A stretch of DNA of 64,000 nt from Shigella phage SHFML-26: sequence record KX130862. One strand, written 5' to 3'. Positions 1-13,458 of this stretch are shown here, piece by piece (within the stretch, counting starts at the first letter, position 1; every line of letters begins with the position of its first letter). The notes under the pieces were generated by a model. That model did not search any database and was not told where the DNA came from. It worked only from the letters and a program-made list of their open reading frames with translations. The position numbers and the translations under genes were made by a program.

Positions 1-361
1 TAATTCCAAGACGATGTTTTCCCGTTAAAGGATTAACGATGATATAGCATTTACAGCTATTGATATGAACATTAGGTTGAGTCTGATTAATGAACACTTC
101 ACAATCATACTTAGCGAGTTGATTTTCTAAAAAGACTTTCATCTCTTCAACCGCATCAGGAAGCATATCACGGGCTTGCTCAAGACGACGATTTCGATAT
201 TCTTTAATGGTCGTTTTCCGCTTGACTTGCTTAGCTAAATCTTTCTTAAGATCGGTGATATATCCAACTCGACGATTTCCTTTGAATACAGAAATCCCAT
301 CTGTAGTATCACCGTATGCTTCAACGACCATTTCAGTAGTAATAAGCTGCAAATCCATCAT
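1..361 (-). CDS. hypothetical protein, 3' end beyond window start
   Basis: ATGATG start at 361-356 preceded by GAGGA RBS; open frame continues to position 1; immediately downstream of rnlA on same strand. Confidence 0.45.
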   Translation of the reverse strand, partial: MMDLQLITTEMVVEAYGDTTDGISVFKGNRRVGYITDLKKDLAKQVKRKTTIKEYRNRRLEQARDMLPDAVEEMKVFLENQLAKYDCEVFINQTQPNVHINSCKCYIIVNPLTGKHRLGI

Positions 362-422
362 AAAGTCCTCATGTTATGTCAGTAAGACTACTATAACACA
401 ACATGAGGGACTTGTAAACAGC

Positions 423-2010
<1,588 letters not shown>

Positions 2011-2037
2011 AATAAAATGGGCCTTGCGGCCCACTCC

Positions 2038-2540
2038 TTAAAAGTATTTTTTAAAACTCATCATAACTTTATCATCAACATCATTATCAATCTGTGCAAC
2101 AAGGTAAGATGACAATTCTACTTCTTGTGGCGCAGATTGAACATTATCAGAATTAAGATATTCACGAATCCAAGGATATGGATGTTTAACCGGAGCATCG
2201 GTAATTGGGCATGGAAGACCACACTGCTTCATACGAGATACAGTTAAGTAATCAATAAAGCTCCACATGCTATTTGTATTTAATCCAGGAACATCTCCAT
2301 CTTTAAATAAATGAACTGCCCAATCTTTTTCTTGGCGGTTAACTTCCATGAAAATATCAACTGCTTCTTGTTCACACTCTTGAGCAATTTTAACCCATTC
2401 ATCGCCATCAGTACCAGATTGAAGTTGACGAATAATATATTGGGTGCCTTTAAGGTGAAGCTGCTCATCACGCGCAATGAACTTCATAATCTTAGCATTA
2501 CCTTCCATGATTTCCATATTCTTATGGAAGTTAAAGGTAC
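2038..2540 (-). CDS. nrdB: ribonucleotide reductase small subunit NrdB, exon 2
   Basis: MEIMEGNAKIMKFIARDEQLHLKGTQ... RNR beta C-terminal half; joins exon 1 in frame (676+503 nt = 393 codons). Confidence 0.85.
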
Positions 2541-3630
2541 CGTATGTTCGATTGAGCTCGCTAATTCTCAACCCGTTCTCTTATGAACTGCTGCATGTTA
2601 CCATGCAGTCCAGACTATATCACAATCCCGGAGGGATTCTCCCCATTTCGAGTCGCTTGACCCTACGTCCGAAGACTAGTCGTTGAACCTTGTTTTGCAA
2701 TTGTCGCCGTGCCATCGTTTATATGTTGATGGTGATAAATCTTTCTTATCACAATATGGACAATTCAATTGAATTCTATTTGGATTTAATTTACATCTGT
2801 CATTATGTTTTAGATAAAATCCAGGACCTTTACCAATGTGACCACAGAAATCACATGTGATTTCTTTTTGTGCAGGATGGGTCCCGTTCTTAACCATTTC
2901 TAATGTTTTTGCTGATGTTCTTTTCTTATGGTCTTCTGATAAGAAATGATGTGAACCGTCATTTACCCGTTTTGATTGAGTTTCTGACTGCATTTTACCA
3001 CCGCAAAATACATGAGTACCTTCTTTTATAGCTGCAATATTGCGTTCTTTAACTTTTGCAATATGCTCAGCTTGTTGAAAATTATGTATACCTAATGCAG
3101 CTCTATTTAAATTAGATTTACGCTGTATTTCACCATCTAAAAGATGAAATGTACCATTTTCTATCTTAGATTTAATAGAGGCAATATTTTTAGCTCGTAC
3201 TTCAGGGATATTAAAAATCTGGATTTCTCTAGATTTTGCGGCTTTAGAAGCTAATTCAGAAATTTCTTCAGGAGAATATTTCATTCTAAGCTTTATAGCA
3301 TGACAAGCCTGGTAATCTTTTTGAGCTAAATGTATATCATAATGTTCCTGTATAGAAAGGCACATCAAATTATCTAAATCATTATTTTCACGGTTACCGT
3401 CTTTATGATGGATTTCGTATGTTCTTCCATCAGAATCTTTAGGTATAGGTCCGTTAGCATCTATCCAAATTTTTCTATAGTTCAATTGTGCATCCTCTTA
3501 AAAGTATAATCATATTTATATTATACTAATTAAAGGTGCAAGCAAAACCTTGGCTGCTAGTTTTCCTATAAAGGACTTTCCAGCAATTAAAGGAGTTTTC
3601 GATAAACGTTACCGTTTAAAGGCGCATTTT
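2541..3630 (-). mobile_element. group I self-splicing intron in nrdB (about 1090 nt) carrying I-TevIII
   Basis: Exon 1 ends on U, intron ends on G; 3' core (approx 2571-2690) resembles the td intron 3' core at 8081-8225; contains an HNH endonuclease ORF. Confidence 0.8.
2676..3485 (-). CDS. I-TevIII: HNH homing endonuclease I-TevIII, full length (269 aa)
   Basis: Intron-encoded ORF with HHKDGNRENNDLDNLMCLSIQEHYDIH HNH motif and C-terminal Cys-rich zinc-finger-like region. Confidence 0.85.
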   Translation of the reverse strand: MNYRKIWIDANGPIPKDSDGRTYEIHHKDGNRENNDLDNLMCLSIQEHYDIHLAQKDYQACHAIKLRMKYSPEEISELASKAAKSREIQIFNIPEVRAKNIASIKSKIENGTFHLLDGEIQRKSNLNRAALGIHNFQQAEHIAKVKERNIAAIKEGTHVFCGGKMQSETQSKRVNDGSHHFLSEDHKKRTSAKTLEMVKNGTHPAQKEITCDFCGHIGKGPGFYLKHNDRCKLNPNRIQLNCPYCDKKDLSPSTYKRWHGDNCKTRFND

Positions 3631-4306
3631 ACGCAAAAGATACATAAAAACGAATTGCTTCTAAGGCATTAATAACGTGCAAACAGAGGTAAAGAGATTT
3701 CATTAAAGCACGTTTAGCTTCGGCTTCTTGTTTAATAGCTCGGTTTAAACGAAAATCGGCATCAGGAGATTCTTTAGCTAGTTCTACAAATTCTTTAGCA
3801 TTTTCCCATTCACGGGTTTTAATCAGAACGTCATCATAATAGCGTCCAATGGATTCAGCACGTTTCATAATAGCTTCATCTAATACAATCTCATCAAATA
3901 CCTTTGACGGATCAGTATAAAGATTTCGCATGATATGTGTATATGAACGGCTGTGAATAGTTTCACTAAAAGTCCATGTAGCAACCCATGTATCAAGACT
4001 CGGGTCTGAAATTAATGACATAAGTACAGCAGACGGCGCACGACCCTGAATGCTATCTAAAAGTGATTGATACTTCAGGTTGTTAGTAAAAATATTTTGC
4101 TGGTACTGAGGAAGCTTATTAAATTGTGCAGCATCCATCATCAAGTTTACTTCTTCAGGACGCCAAAAAAATGATAAAGATTTCTCAATAAGTTCTTCAA
4201 ATACTCTATGTCGTTGAATATCATATCGAGCTAAACCCAATCCAGAACCAAAAAACATCGGCTCAGTCAAAATATTAACAGGGGATGTATTAAAAACTGT
4301 ACTCAT
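3631..4306 (-). CDS. nrdB: ribonucleotide reductase small subunit NrdB, exon 1
   Basis: MSTVFNTSPVNILTEPMFFGSGLGLARYDIQRHRVFEEL... ending ...RFYVSFA then T of the split Cys codon; track ORF stop TAA lies in the intron. Confidence 0.85.
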
Positions 4307-4944
4307 TTAGAATCCTTAAATTTACATTTATCATAATGCCATCTTAAAGCATTGCCTTTATTAACTTTCTTGCCACAATGCGGACAAGGCGGATACTCTG
4401 TACCTTGCTTAGTTCTCAAAGAAATCAAATCACGGGTTTCTTTAGTATGAGGAACATCTCTTGTCGGAGAGATTGTACCATACATCGGATTAAGCACGCC
4501 GACTTTAGCAGCAGCTATATTCTTTTTAGCTTCTTCGGTTTTAGGTTTTCTCATGCGAGCTAAATGCTCTTTGGTAAATTTCCTTCCTTTAAGGGCTCTA
4601 CTTATCTTTTCTCTGGTTTCCATAGAAACTTCACGTCCTATAGCAGCTTCAGATAAACGTCGTCTACCTAATTCGTACAGTTGAGAAGAAATTTTATATG
4701 AGCGATTTTTACCAGTCAAGCACATTAAACCAAAAGCTTTCTTTAATCCTGGGGTGTCATATATTTTACATAAAAGCCAATGAGCTATAAAATGCTCTCT
4801 ACCTGTTAATTCAACTAAATTTTCTTTATCATCAGAACCTCCCATACATCTAGGGATTATATGATGTGTCTCTTTATATTCGGATAAAGGTTCCCGAGCC
4901 TGAGCTCGGGAAATTAGGTCATTATAGATTTTTTGATAATTCAT
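4303..4944 (-). CDS. mobE: freestanding HNH homing endonuclease
   Basis: 213 aa with ETHHIIPRCMGGSDDKENLVELTGREHFIAHW HNH motif and C-terminal CPHCGKK zinc ribbon; located between nrdA and nrdB. Confidence 0.65.
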   Translation of the reverse strand: MNYQKIYNDLISRAQAREPLSEYKETHHIIPRCMGGSDDKENLVELTGREHFIAHWLLCKIYDTPGLKKAFGLMCLTGKNRSYKISSQLYELGRRRLSEAAIGREVSMETREKISRALKGRKFTKEHLARMRKPKTEEAKKNIAAAKVGVLNPMYGTISPTRDVPHTKETRDLISLRTKQGTEYPPCPHCGKKVNKGNALRWHYDKCKFKDSK

Positions 4945-7208
4945 TACAATTTACACGCTGCACAATCGTCGGCTTTAGGAGTTTCTATTTCATAATCATC
5001 AGTACCAGAACCATCACGGGTATTATGATAATAGAAATTTTTAATGCCATAATACCATCCGTATAGCATGTCATCAATCATTATTGACATTGGAACCTTG
5101 CCTTTAGGGAAGATTTGGGGGTCATAGTATGTATTCGCCGAAGCTGATTGACAAACCCATTTCAGCATAATAGCTACCTGCGTAAGATAAGGTTTATTAC
5201 CTTTCTTAGCTAATTTCCATGTATAATCATATAGGTCTATGTTATGCTCAATATTGGGCACGACTTGATTAAAGGAGCCCTCTTTTGATTCTTTAACAGA
5301 GACTGGTCCACGTGGAGGCTCGATACCGTTTGTACTGTTAGAAACTTGGGAAGATGACTCACATGGCATAAGTGCTGATAATGTGCTATTACGGATGCCA
5401 AAGAGCTTAAGGTCTTCCCGCAGCGACGACCAGTCACAAACGTATTTTGGAGCTGCGATTTGGTCAATCTTTTTATTGTACCAGTCGATAGGTAATTCGC
5501 CTCGAGACCAACGAGTGTCTGAATAATATTCGCAAGGTCCTTTTTCTTTGGCGAGCTTAATGGATGCTTTAATGAGTCCATACTGTAATCTCTCAAATAG
5601 TTCATGTGTTAAATCGTTAGCATCTTCATAAGAAGCAAAGTTACTTGCCAACCAAGCTGCATAGTTGGTAACACCTACACCAAGGTTACGACGCTTTTTA
5701 GCTTTTTCTGCTTCAGGAACTGGATATCCTTGGTAATCCAACAGATTATCAAGAGCACGAACTTGAACTTCTGCCAATTCATTAATTTTATCTTGGTCTT
5801 GCCAGTCAAAATTATCTAGTACGAATGCAGAGAGAGTACACAATCCAATTTCAGCATCAGGACTATTCACATCATTTGTTGGAATAGCAATTTCACAGCA
5901 CAAGTTACTCTGACGAATAGGTGCCTTTTCACGAATAAACGGAGTATAGTTATTCGTATTATCAATGAACTGTACATAAATTCTTGCTGTTCCTGAGCGT
6001 TCAGTCATGAGCAATTCAAATAGTTCACGGGCTTTAATACGCTTTTTACGAATATTAGGGACTTTTTCTGCTGCTTCGCATAATTCACGGAAACGGCTTT
6101 GGTCTTTAAAATAAGAATAATAAAGCTCGCCACCCATTTAATGTGGACTGAACAAAGTAATGTAATCGTTCTTTCCGAATCGTTCCATCATCAAATCATT
6201 CAGTTGAACACCATAATCCATATGACGAATGCGGTTTTCTTCTACGCCTTTGTTATTTTTCAAAACGAGAAGATTTTCAACTTCCAAATGCCAAATAGGA
6301 TAATAAGCAGTAGCAGCGCCGCCACGAATTCCGCCCTGTGAACATGAGTTAACTGCAGCCTGAAAATGTTTCCAAAAAGGAATAACACCAGGATGGCATA
6401 CATCACCCATGCCAATCTCAGAACCTTCGGCACGAATCATACCAACGTTAATACCAATTCCAGCGCGTTTAGAGATATATTCAACAATTGAAGCGGAAGC
6501 CTTATTGATAGACTTCAATGAATCACCTGCCTCAATAACAACACATGAACTAAACTGTCGAGTCGGAGTACGGCAACCAGCCATAATAGGAGTTGGCAAT
6601 GAAATCTGTCGAGTAGATACTGCTTCATAAAAACGGATAACATGTTTTAATCTATCAACAGGTTCATCTTGATGCAATGCCATTCCAATAGTCATAAATG
6701 CAAACTGCGGAGTTTCATAAATTTGACCGGTGGTTTTATCTTTGACTAGATATTTTTCTTTTAATTGCATCGCTCCGGAATAAGTAAATTCCATATCCCG
6801 CTCGTGCTTAATTTTTGATTCTAAAAATGTAATTTCTTCCGCAGAATATTTTGACAATAATTCAGGGTCATATTTACCTTCATTTACACAGTAAGAAATA
6901 TGGTCAATAAATGAACGTGGTTCATACTGCCCATAAACATGCTTACGAAGAGCAAACATTAAACAGCGTGCAGCTACATATTGATAATCAGGTTCTTCAA
7001 CCGAAATAGAATTCGCAGCAGCCTTAATGACAATAGTCTGAATATCATCAGTTGTCATTCCATCACGGAGATAAGATTTAATATTTTCATATAATTCATA
7101 AGGATCTACTGATGTTCCTTCAGCTGCCCAAGATAAAACTTTAATAATTTTTTGTGGGTCAAAGCTCTGAGAAACACCACTACTTTTGATAACATTAATT
7201 AATTGCAT
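4944..7208 (-). pseudogene. nrdA: ribonucleotide reductase large subunit NrdA, reading frame interrupted by in-frame TAA at 6138..6140
   Basis: Track ORFs 6138..7208 (356 aa, ...LFSPH*) and 4944..6137 (397 aa, MGGELYYSYF...) are one RNR alpha frame split by a single stop codon; 356+1+397 = 754 codons. Confidence 0.85.
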
Positions 7209-7525
7209 AAGTCCTCAACTTGAAAATCGTCTTTAAACAATCGGTTAACTATATGAGCTATTATATCACCATGACACGGCTTTGGTTTACATGTGCATCC
7301 TAGCCTCATTCCACGTAAAGGCTCTAAATGTGCTTTAGTTATTTCTCCGGATTTAATTCGACGTATAAAATCTTTTTTGAATAATTCAATGGCAGCCTCC
7401 CGGCTGCCAGCATCTTTACCGACGTAATTTCCCCAAAATGTACCGCGGTGAATATTAACATCAAAGTCGGATTTATATTTATTCACTACCTGGCATAGAC
7501 GGCCCGCGCGGTGATAATTCGTCAT
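7199..7525 (-). CDS. hypothetical protein (108 aa), possible metal-binding [11 protein letters not shown] motif
   Basis: Track ORF; co-oriented between td and nrdA. Confidence 0.5.
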   Translation of the reverse strand: MTNYHRAGRLCQVVNKYKSDFDVNIHRGTFWGNYVGKDAGSREAAIELFKKDFIRRIKSGEITKAHLEPLRGMRLGCTCKPKPCHGDIIAHIVNRLFKDDFQVEDLCN

Positions 7526-7742
7526 ATTGTTTTTCCGTTAAAACAGTAATATCATAGTAACAATCAGAAGAAGTTTTAACTGTAGAAATTTTATTATCAA
7601 AATACTCACGAGTCATTTTATGAGTATAATATTTTTTGCCATAAATGATAATAGGCTGATTTGGTCCTGGAACTTCTAACTCACTTGGATTAGGAAGTGT
7701 AAAAAGAACTACACCAGAAGTATCTTTAAATCGTAAAATCAT
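7479..7742 (-). CDS. hypothetical protein (87 aa)
   Basis: Track ORF; co-oriented, just downstream of td exon 2. Confidence 0.45.
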   Translation of the reverse strand: MILRFKDTSGVVLFTLPNPSELEVPGPNQPIIIYGKKYYTHKMTREYFDNKISTVKTSSDCYYDITVLTEKQYDELSPRGPSMPGSE

Positions 7743-7765
7743 AAATCCTCACAATTAAATTAAAA

Positions 7766-8077
7766 TTACACCGCCATTTTTCCTTTCAAGACGCCGTGGG
7801 ACTGATAATCTTTGAGAACGAAATCTTTAGGCCTGAGTTTAAGAATGTATTCCAATTGTTCTTTAGTAGAAAGATAGCGGAATTTATAAGGCAATCCGCC
7901 TATTACCAGTTCACAAAGCTCTTTAGGTTCACGACGTAAAATTTCTTTACATTGTTCTACGTGATTCATATAGATATGAGTATTACCACCGGAAAATATC
8001 AAATCTCCCGGAATAAGATTACACATCTTAGCTACAATATGAACTAACGTAGCATATGATGCAATATTAAATGGTAG
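7766..8077 (-). CDS. td: thymidylate synthase, exon 2
   Basis: LPFNIASYATLVHIVAKMCNL... TS C-terminal part; exon1+exon2 = 286 aa as in T4 TS. Confidence 0.9.
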   Translation of the reverse strand, partial: LPFNIASYATLVHIVAKMCNLIPGDLIFSGGNTHIYMNHVEQCKEILRREPKELCELVIGGLPYKFRYLSTKEQLEYILKLRPKDFVLKDYQSHGVLKGKMAV

Positions 8078-9093
8078 CATTATGTTCAGATAAGGTCGTT
8101 AATCTTACCCCGGAATTATATCCAGCTGCATGTCACCATGCAGATCAGACTATATCTCCAACTTGTTAAAGCAAGTTGTCTATCGTTTCGAGTCACTTGA
8201 CCCTACTCCCCAAAGGGATAGTCGTTAGGCATTTATGTAGAACCAATTCCATTTATCAGATTTTACACGATAAGTAACTAATCCAGACGAAATTTTAAAA
8301 TGTCTAGCTGCATCTGCTGCACAATCAAAAATAACCCCATCACATGAAATCTTTTTAATATTACTAGGCTTTTTACCTTTCATCTTTTCTGATATTTTAG
8401 ATTTAGTTATGTCTGAATGCTTATGATTAAAGAATGAATTATTTTCACCTGAACGATTTCTGCATTTACTACAAGTATAAGCAGAAGTTTGTATGCGAAC
8501 ACCGCACTTACAAAACTTATGGGTTTCTGGATTCCAACGCCCGTTTTTACTTCCGGGTTTACTGTAAAGAGCTTTCCGACCATCAGGTCCAAGTTTAAGC
8601 ATCTTAGCTTTAACAGTTTCAGAACGTTTCTTAATAATTTCTTCTTTTAATGGATGCGTAGAACATGTATCACCAAACGTTGCATCAGCAATATTGTATC
8701 CATTAATTTTAGAATTAAGCTCTTTAATCCAAAAATTTTCTCGTTCAATAATCAAATCTTTCTCATATGGAATTTCTTCCAAAATAGAACATTCAAACAC
8801 ATTACCATGTTTGTTAAAAGACCTCTGAAGCTTTATAGAAGAATGGCATCCTTTTTCTAAATCTTTAAAATGCCTCTTCCATCTCTTTTCAAAATCTTTA
8901 GCACTTCCTACATATACTTTATTGTTTAAAGTATTTTTAATCTGATAAATTCCGCTTTTCATAAATACCTCTTTAAATATAGAAGTATTTATTAAAGGGC
9001 AGTCCTACAATTTAGCACGGGATTGTCTACTAGAGAGGTTCCCCGTTTAGATAGATTACAAGTATAAGTCACCTTATACTCAGGCCTCAATTA
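8078..9093 (-). mobile_element. td group I self-splicing intron (1016 nt) carrying I-TevI
   Basis: Intron begins UAAUUGAGGCCUGAGUAUAAGGUGACUUAUAC... right after exon 1 GGU and ends ...CUGAACAUAAUG; matches the T4 td intron as recalled. Confidence 0.9.
8225..8962 (-). CDS. I-TevI: GIY-YIG homing endonuclease I-TevI (245 aa)
   Basis: MKSGIYQIKNTLNNKVYVGSAKDFEKRWKRH... GIY-YIG N-terminal domain, Zn finger and C-terminal DNA-binding region; inside the td intron. Confidence 0.9.
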   Translation of the reverse strand: MKSGIYQIKNTLNNKVYVGSAKDFEKRWKRHFKDLEKGCHSSIKLQRSFNKHGNVFECSILEEIPYEKDLIIERENFWIKELNSKINGYNIADATFGDTCSTHPLKEEIIKKRSETVKAKMLKLGPDGRKALYSKPGSKNGRWNPETHKFCKCGVRIQTSAYTCSKCRNRSGENNSFFNHKHSDITKSKISEKMKGKKPSNIKKISCDGVIFDCAADAARHFKISSGLVTYRVKSDKWNWFYINA

Positions 9094-9641
9094 ACCCAAG
9101 AAAACATCTACTGATCGTTGATACCACTGAAGGTCAAGGTATCCATTACGCACATTAAACTGATAGAACATATGACAAGGCGGTAATGCCATATATTTAA
9201 GTTCAGCTGGATTCCATGCTGAAACAATTTGACGCCTATCATTTGGCAGTTTTTTAATACGATCAATAACTTCTATAATTTGGTCTACACCGCCAAAATC
9301 GCGCCATTGTTTTCCATAAATTGGACCAAGTTCACCGCTATGGTATCCTAAATCTTTTGCTTGATTTTCGTAATTTTCATCCCAGACTGTTTTGCCTTGG
9401 ATTAACGAATCATGCTGAATTAATCGTAAATCATTGACATTTGTGCTTCCCGATAAAAACCATATTAGCTCAGCAATGCAAGCTTTCCAGGCGAGCTTCT
9501 TAGTTGTTACTGCAGGAAAACCTTTAGTTAAATCCCAGCGTAATTTAGTACCGAACAAAGCAATTGTTCCTGTGCCTGTTCGGTCATCGGTTTCGTAGCC
9601 ATTTTCCAGGATATCTTTAATTAAAAATTGGTATTGTTTCA

Positions 9642-9642
<1 letters not shown>
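9094..9642 (-). CDS. td: thymidylate synthase, exon 1
   Basis: MKQYQFLIKDILENGYETDDRTGTGTIALFG... ends ...VDVFLG immediately before the intron. Confidence 0.9.
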
Positions 9643-10671
<1,029 letters not shown>

Positions 10672-10681
10672 ATTATTTTCC

Positions 10682-10942
10682 TTAAACAGACTTTTTCACA
10701 ATTTTCCAATCAGCTTTAAACTGCTCGACGTCAGAATGGTAAATCCAGAATCCTGCGCTTTCTCCGTCTTCATAAAGAGGACATCCATCACATTCATCTT
10801 CCCACCCCATATCACGTAAAAGGTGTTCAGCTTTTTCAACAAGCTCAGAATCTTTACCGATGATATTAAAATACCATTTACCTCTAACTTCTGAATCTTT
10901 GATGCTCTGACGTTGTAATCTCATTTTTATTCTCCTTAGCAA
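10682..10942 (-). CDS. hypothetical protein (86 aa)
   Basis: Track ORF, co-oriented. Confidence 0.5.
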   Translation of the reverse strand: MLRRIKMRLQRQSIKDSEVRGKWYFNIIGKDSELVEKAEHLLRDMGWEDECDGCPLYEDGESAGFWIYHSDVEQFKADWKIVKKSV

Positions 10943-11063
10943 GCTTTAATCAAAAGGTATAAACAGACCAACATAACTGCTGCCATAATATAAGGTGCGA
11001 ACATTTTCTTTTCTCCATTAATTTTGATAGGGTAATAGTATCACACTACTACCCTGTTGTAAA

Positions 11064-11372
11064 CTACTTTTTGAAAGTTTTTCGCAAAAGTTCAATGATT
11101 TCATCTACATTGTTTTCGTCTACAATGCAGTGAATTTTTGTTACGCCATAAACCTTGTCTTTGACTTCATCTTCTTCAGAAGTCGGTTCTTTATATTCGC
11201 GGAAACAATAAAACTCTTCTTCACTAAGTTCAAAATAATCATCACCCATACCATCATCATTATAGATTTCACCATTAGCACAAATGATTTCGGTTACATA
11301 ATCAAAGCCATCTAAACTTGATATTGATTTAACTTCAAACCAACCACCATTTTCTTGAATGATGCCGACCAT
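11064..11372 (-). CDS. hypothetical protein (102 aa, acidic)
   Basis: Track ORF, co-oriented. Confidence 0.5.
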   Translation of the reverse strand: MVGIIQENGGWFEVKSISSLDGFDYVTEIICANGEIYNDDGMGDDYFELSEEEFYCFREYKEPTSEEDEVKDKVYGVTKIHCIVDENNVDEIIELLRKTFKK

Positions 11373-11496
11373 ATTAGCATTTGATGAACTAATATCAATG
11401 AAAGATTTAATACGATGTGGATTTAACTCGTATTTTTTGTCCGATTTCCATTTGGATTTTCCTCATTTTAATAGGGGCTTAATAGCCCCTTGATAA

Positions 11497-11724
11497 TTAT
11501 TGTTCAATCAGTCCCATGTAAAATTCTGCGTCTTCAGAATCCATGCCATCACAATATTCATTAGCCATAAAGCGGGTGAGGTCTTCAAGAGGACCTTCAA
11601 TAACGATTTGAATACTCCAAAACTTAGAATCTTGCACGCTTGTAATACTAAGTTCAGGATAACGATTACGAATAATCTCTTCAATATATTCAAAATCAAC
11701 GATGTCAATATCAACTTTAGCCAT
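11497..11724 (-). CDS. hypothetical protein (75 aa)
   Basis: Track ORF 11497..11787 trimmed to Met MAKVDIDIV preceded by GAAGAGGA RBS; longer start would lie upstream of the promoter. Confidence 0.45.
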   Translation of the reverse strand: MAKVDIDIVDFEYIEEIIRNRYPELSITSVQDSKFWSIQIVIEGPLEDLTRFMANEYCDGMDSEDAEFYMGLIEQ

Positions 11725-11767
11725 ATTATTTTCCTCTTCAATTATTAGCAGTATTGCTGATAGTTGT

Positions 11768-11797
11768 ATAGTACCATGGAAGGACAAGGATGTAAAC
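11768..11797 (-). promoter_or_regulatory. T4-type early promoter (GTTTACA -35, 17-bp spacer, TACTAT -10)
   Basis: Reverse complement reads GTTTACAtccttgtccttccatggTACTAT, with A/T-rich upstream element. Confidence 0.5.
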
Positions 11798-11869
11798 CGT
11801 TTTGTGAAAAAATTTTTGAAATAAAAAAGGGGACCTCTAGGGTCCCCAATTAATTAGTAATATAATTTA

Positions 11870-12775
11870 TTAAAGGTCATTTAAAAGGTCATCCAGATCC
11901 GTGTCATCAGCACTAGATGAACTGCCAGAGCTTGAGCTCATAAAATCATCTTCAGTTTTTGTATTGAAGTCATCAACATTGAATGCATCCAAATCATCAG
12001 CAACTTTATCAGCTTTCTTAGCAGCAGTTGCAGCGGCACCACCCATAGCAGCAGTTCCCATAACTTGACTGAACTTAGTGCTCAGTTCTTCAAACGATTT
12101 GAATTTATCTTTAGAAGTCATTTCAGAAAGGTCAACCATTTGTTCGAACAGTTCTTTCTGGAAAGATTCATCGTCAATGTTTGGAATCGCAGATTGATTC
12201 AGGAATTTAGATTCATCGTAGTTACTAAATCCAGAAACTTGTTTAACTTTCAGTACAAAGTTAGCACCTTCCCACGGACAAGTTACATCAACCGGAGTTT
12301 CACCCATTTCGACATCAACCGCAATCATTGCATTGATTTTATCCCAGATTTTCTTACCGAAACGGTATTTAAATACTTTACCTTCGTTTTCTGGAGCAGC
12401 TGGGTCTTTTACAACAAGAATGTTAGCCCAGTAAGAAGTTTTACGTTTAACAAGACTGTACTCTTTATTGTCAGTGTTGTACAGATCATTTTTACTGATG
12501 TATTGACATACTGGGCAAGAATCGTAATCACCGTGAGTAGATGAACATGTTTCAATATACCATTTACCATTTTTCTTGAAACCGTGATTTACAAGAATTG
12601 CGAATGGTGCTTGTTCATCATTTTTAGACGGAAGAAAACGAATTACTGCTTGACCGTTACCCGCATTATCGAGTTTCAGTTTCCACTCGCCTTTATCTTC
12701 AGAAGAAAAACCTTTATTGCCATTCAGTTTAGCCATTTGTGCAGCAAGTTCAGCAGTAGATTTACGTTTAAACAT
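11870..12775 (-). CDS. 32: single-stranded DNA-binding protein gp32
   Basis: 301 aa [49 protein letters not shown]... with acidic Ser/Asp-rich C-terminus. Confidence 0.95.
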
Positions 12776-12824
12776 TTTATTTCCTTTTTAATTTAATTAA
12801 CAGTTGGTGCTATGACACTTTACC

Positions 12825-13457
12825 TCATAGCTGGCATAATTCGCAATACTCTGGGTCTTCGAGAGGTATCCAACCTGAGTTGAAATACTTTACCATCGAT
12901 TTAGCAGTTGTATCAGTTATATTTATATTACCTTTAACTCTTCGCCATCCAGGAGTTTTACCGTACAGATTAGAGGATAATAATAACACATAATTCTCGT
13001 AAGCGATATGAGATAATTTCCAAGACTCTATATTAGCTCGTGATGTTTTCCAAGGTCTAAAATCGTCACGGTTCATATAATTAGCCAATCTCATATGCTC
13101 TCTAACTTCCGGGTCTTTGGCTGGATGAGTTTCACCACTCACACCAAATCCACCACCAGCATATACCAGATTAAAATAGTCTGGATTATCTCTGGCATTT
13201 ACTTCAAGTTGGTATTTTCGTTCTGCTTCAATAACATCCAAGTCATCATCAATTTGAATTATTTTAACGCTCGGTTTTTGATGCATTACCGCATTCAAAA
13301 ATCTTTTTTGTTTACATGAGCTCCAGTATTCCTTTCCAGAAGAGTCATATATTATTCCGTTCTCAAATGAGCAATTTAATTTACTACCGATATAGTAGTA
13401 TGGCGGAGTCTTATTTTTGACACGGTCTTCAAATGTAAACCAATATACTATATTCAT
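12825..13457 (-). CDS. segG: GIY-YIG-type freestanding endonuclease (SegG-like)
   Basis: 210 aa with N-terminal IVYWFTF...YYIGSK GIY-YIG-like motif; between 32 and 59. Confidence 0.6.
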   Translation of the reverse strand: MNIVYWFTFEDRVKNKTPPYYYIGSKLNCSFENGIIYDSSGKEYWSSCKQKRFLNAVMHQKPSVKIIQIDDDLDVIEAERKYQLEVNARDNPDYFNLVYAGGGFGVSGETHPAKDPEVREHMRLANYMNRDDFRPWKTSRANIESWKLSHIAYENYVLLLSSNLYGKTPGWRRVKGNINITDTTAKSMVKYFNSGWIPLEDPEYCELCQL

Positions 13458-13458
13458 A

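Noticed and set aside
2571-2690. Direct repeat with 8081..8225 considered as terminal repeats of a transposon or inserted element
   Set aside because: Both copies are the conserved catalytic cores of the nrdB and td group I introns, each with intact splice boundaries restoring its host gene.
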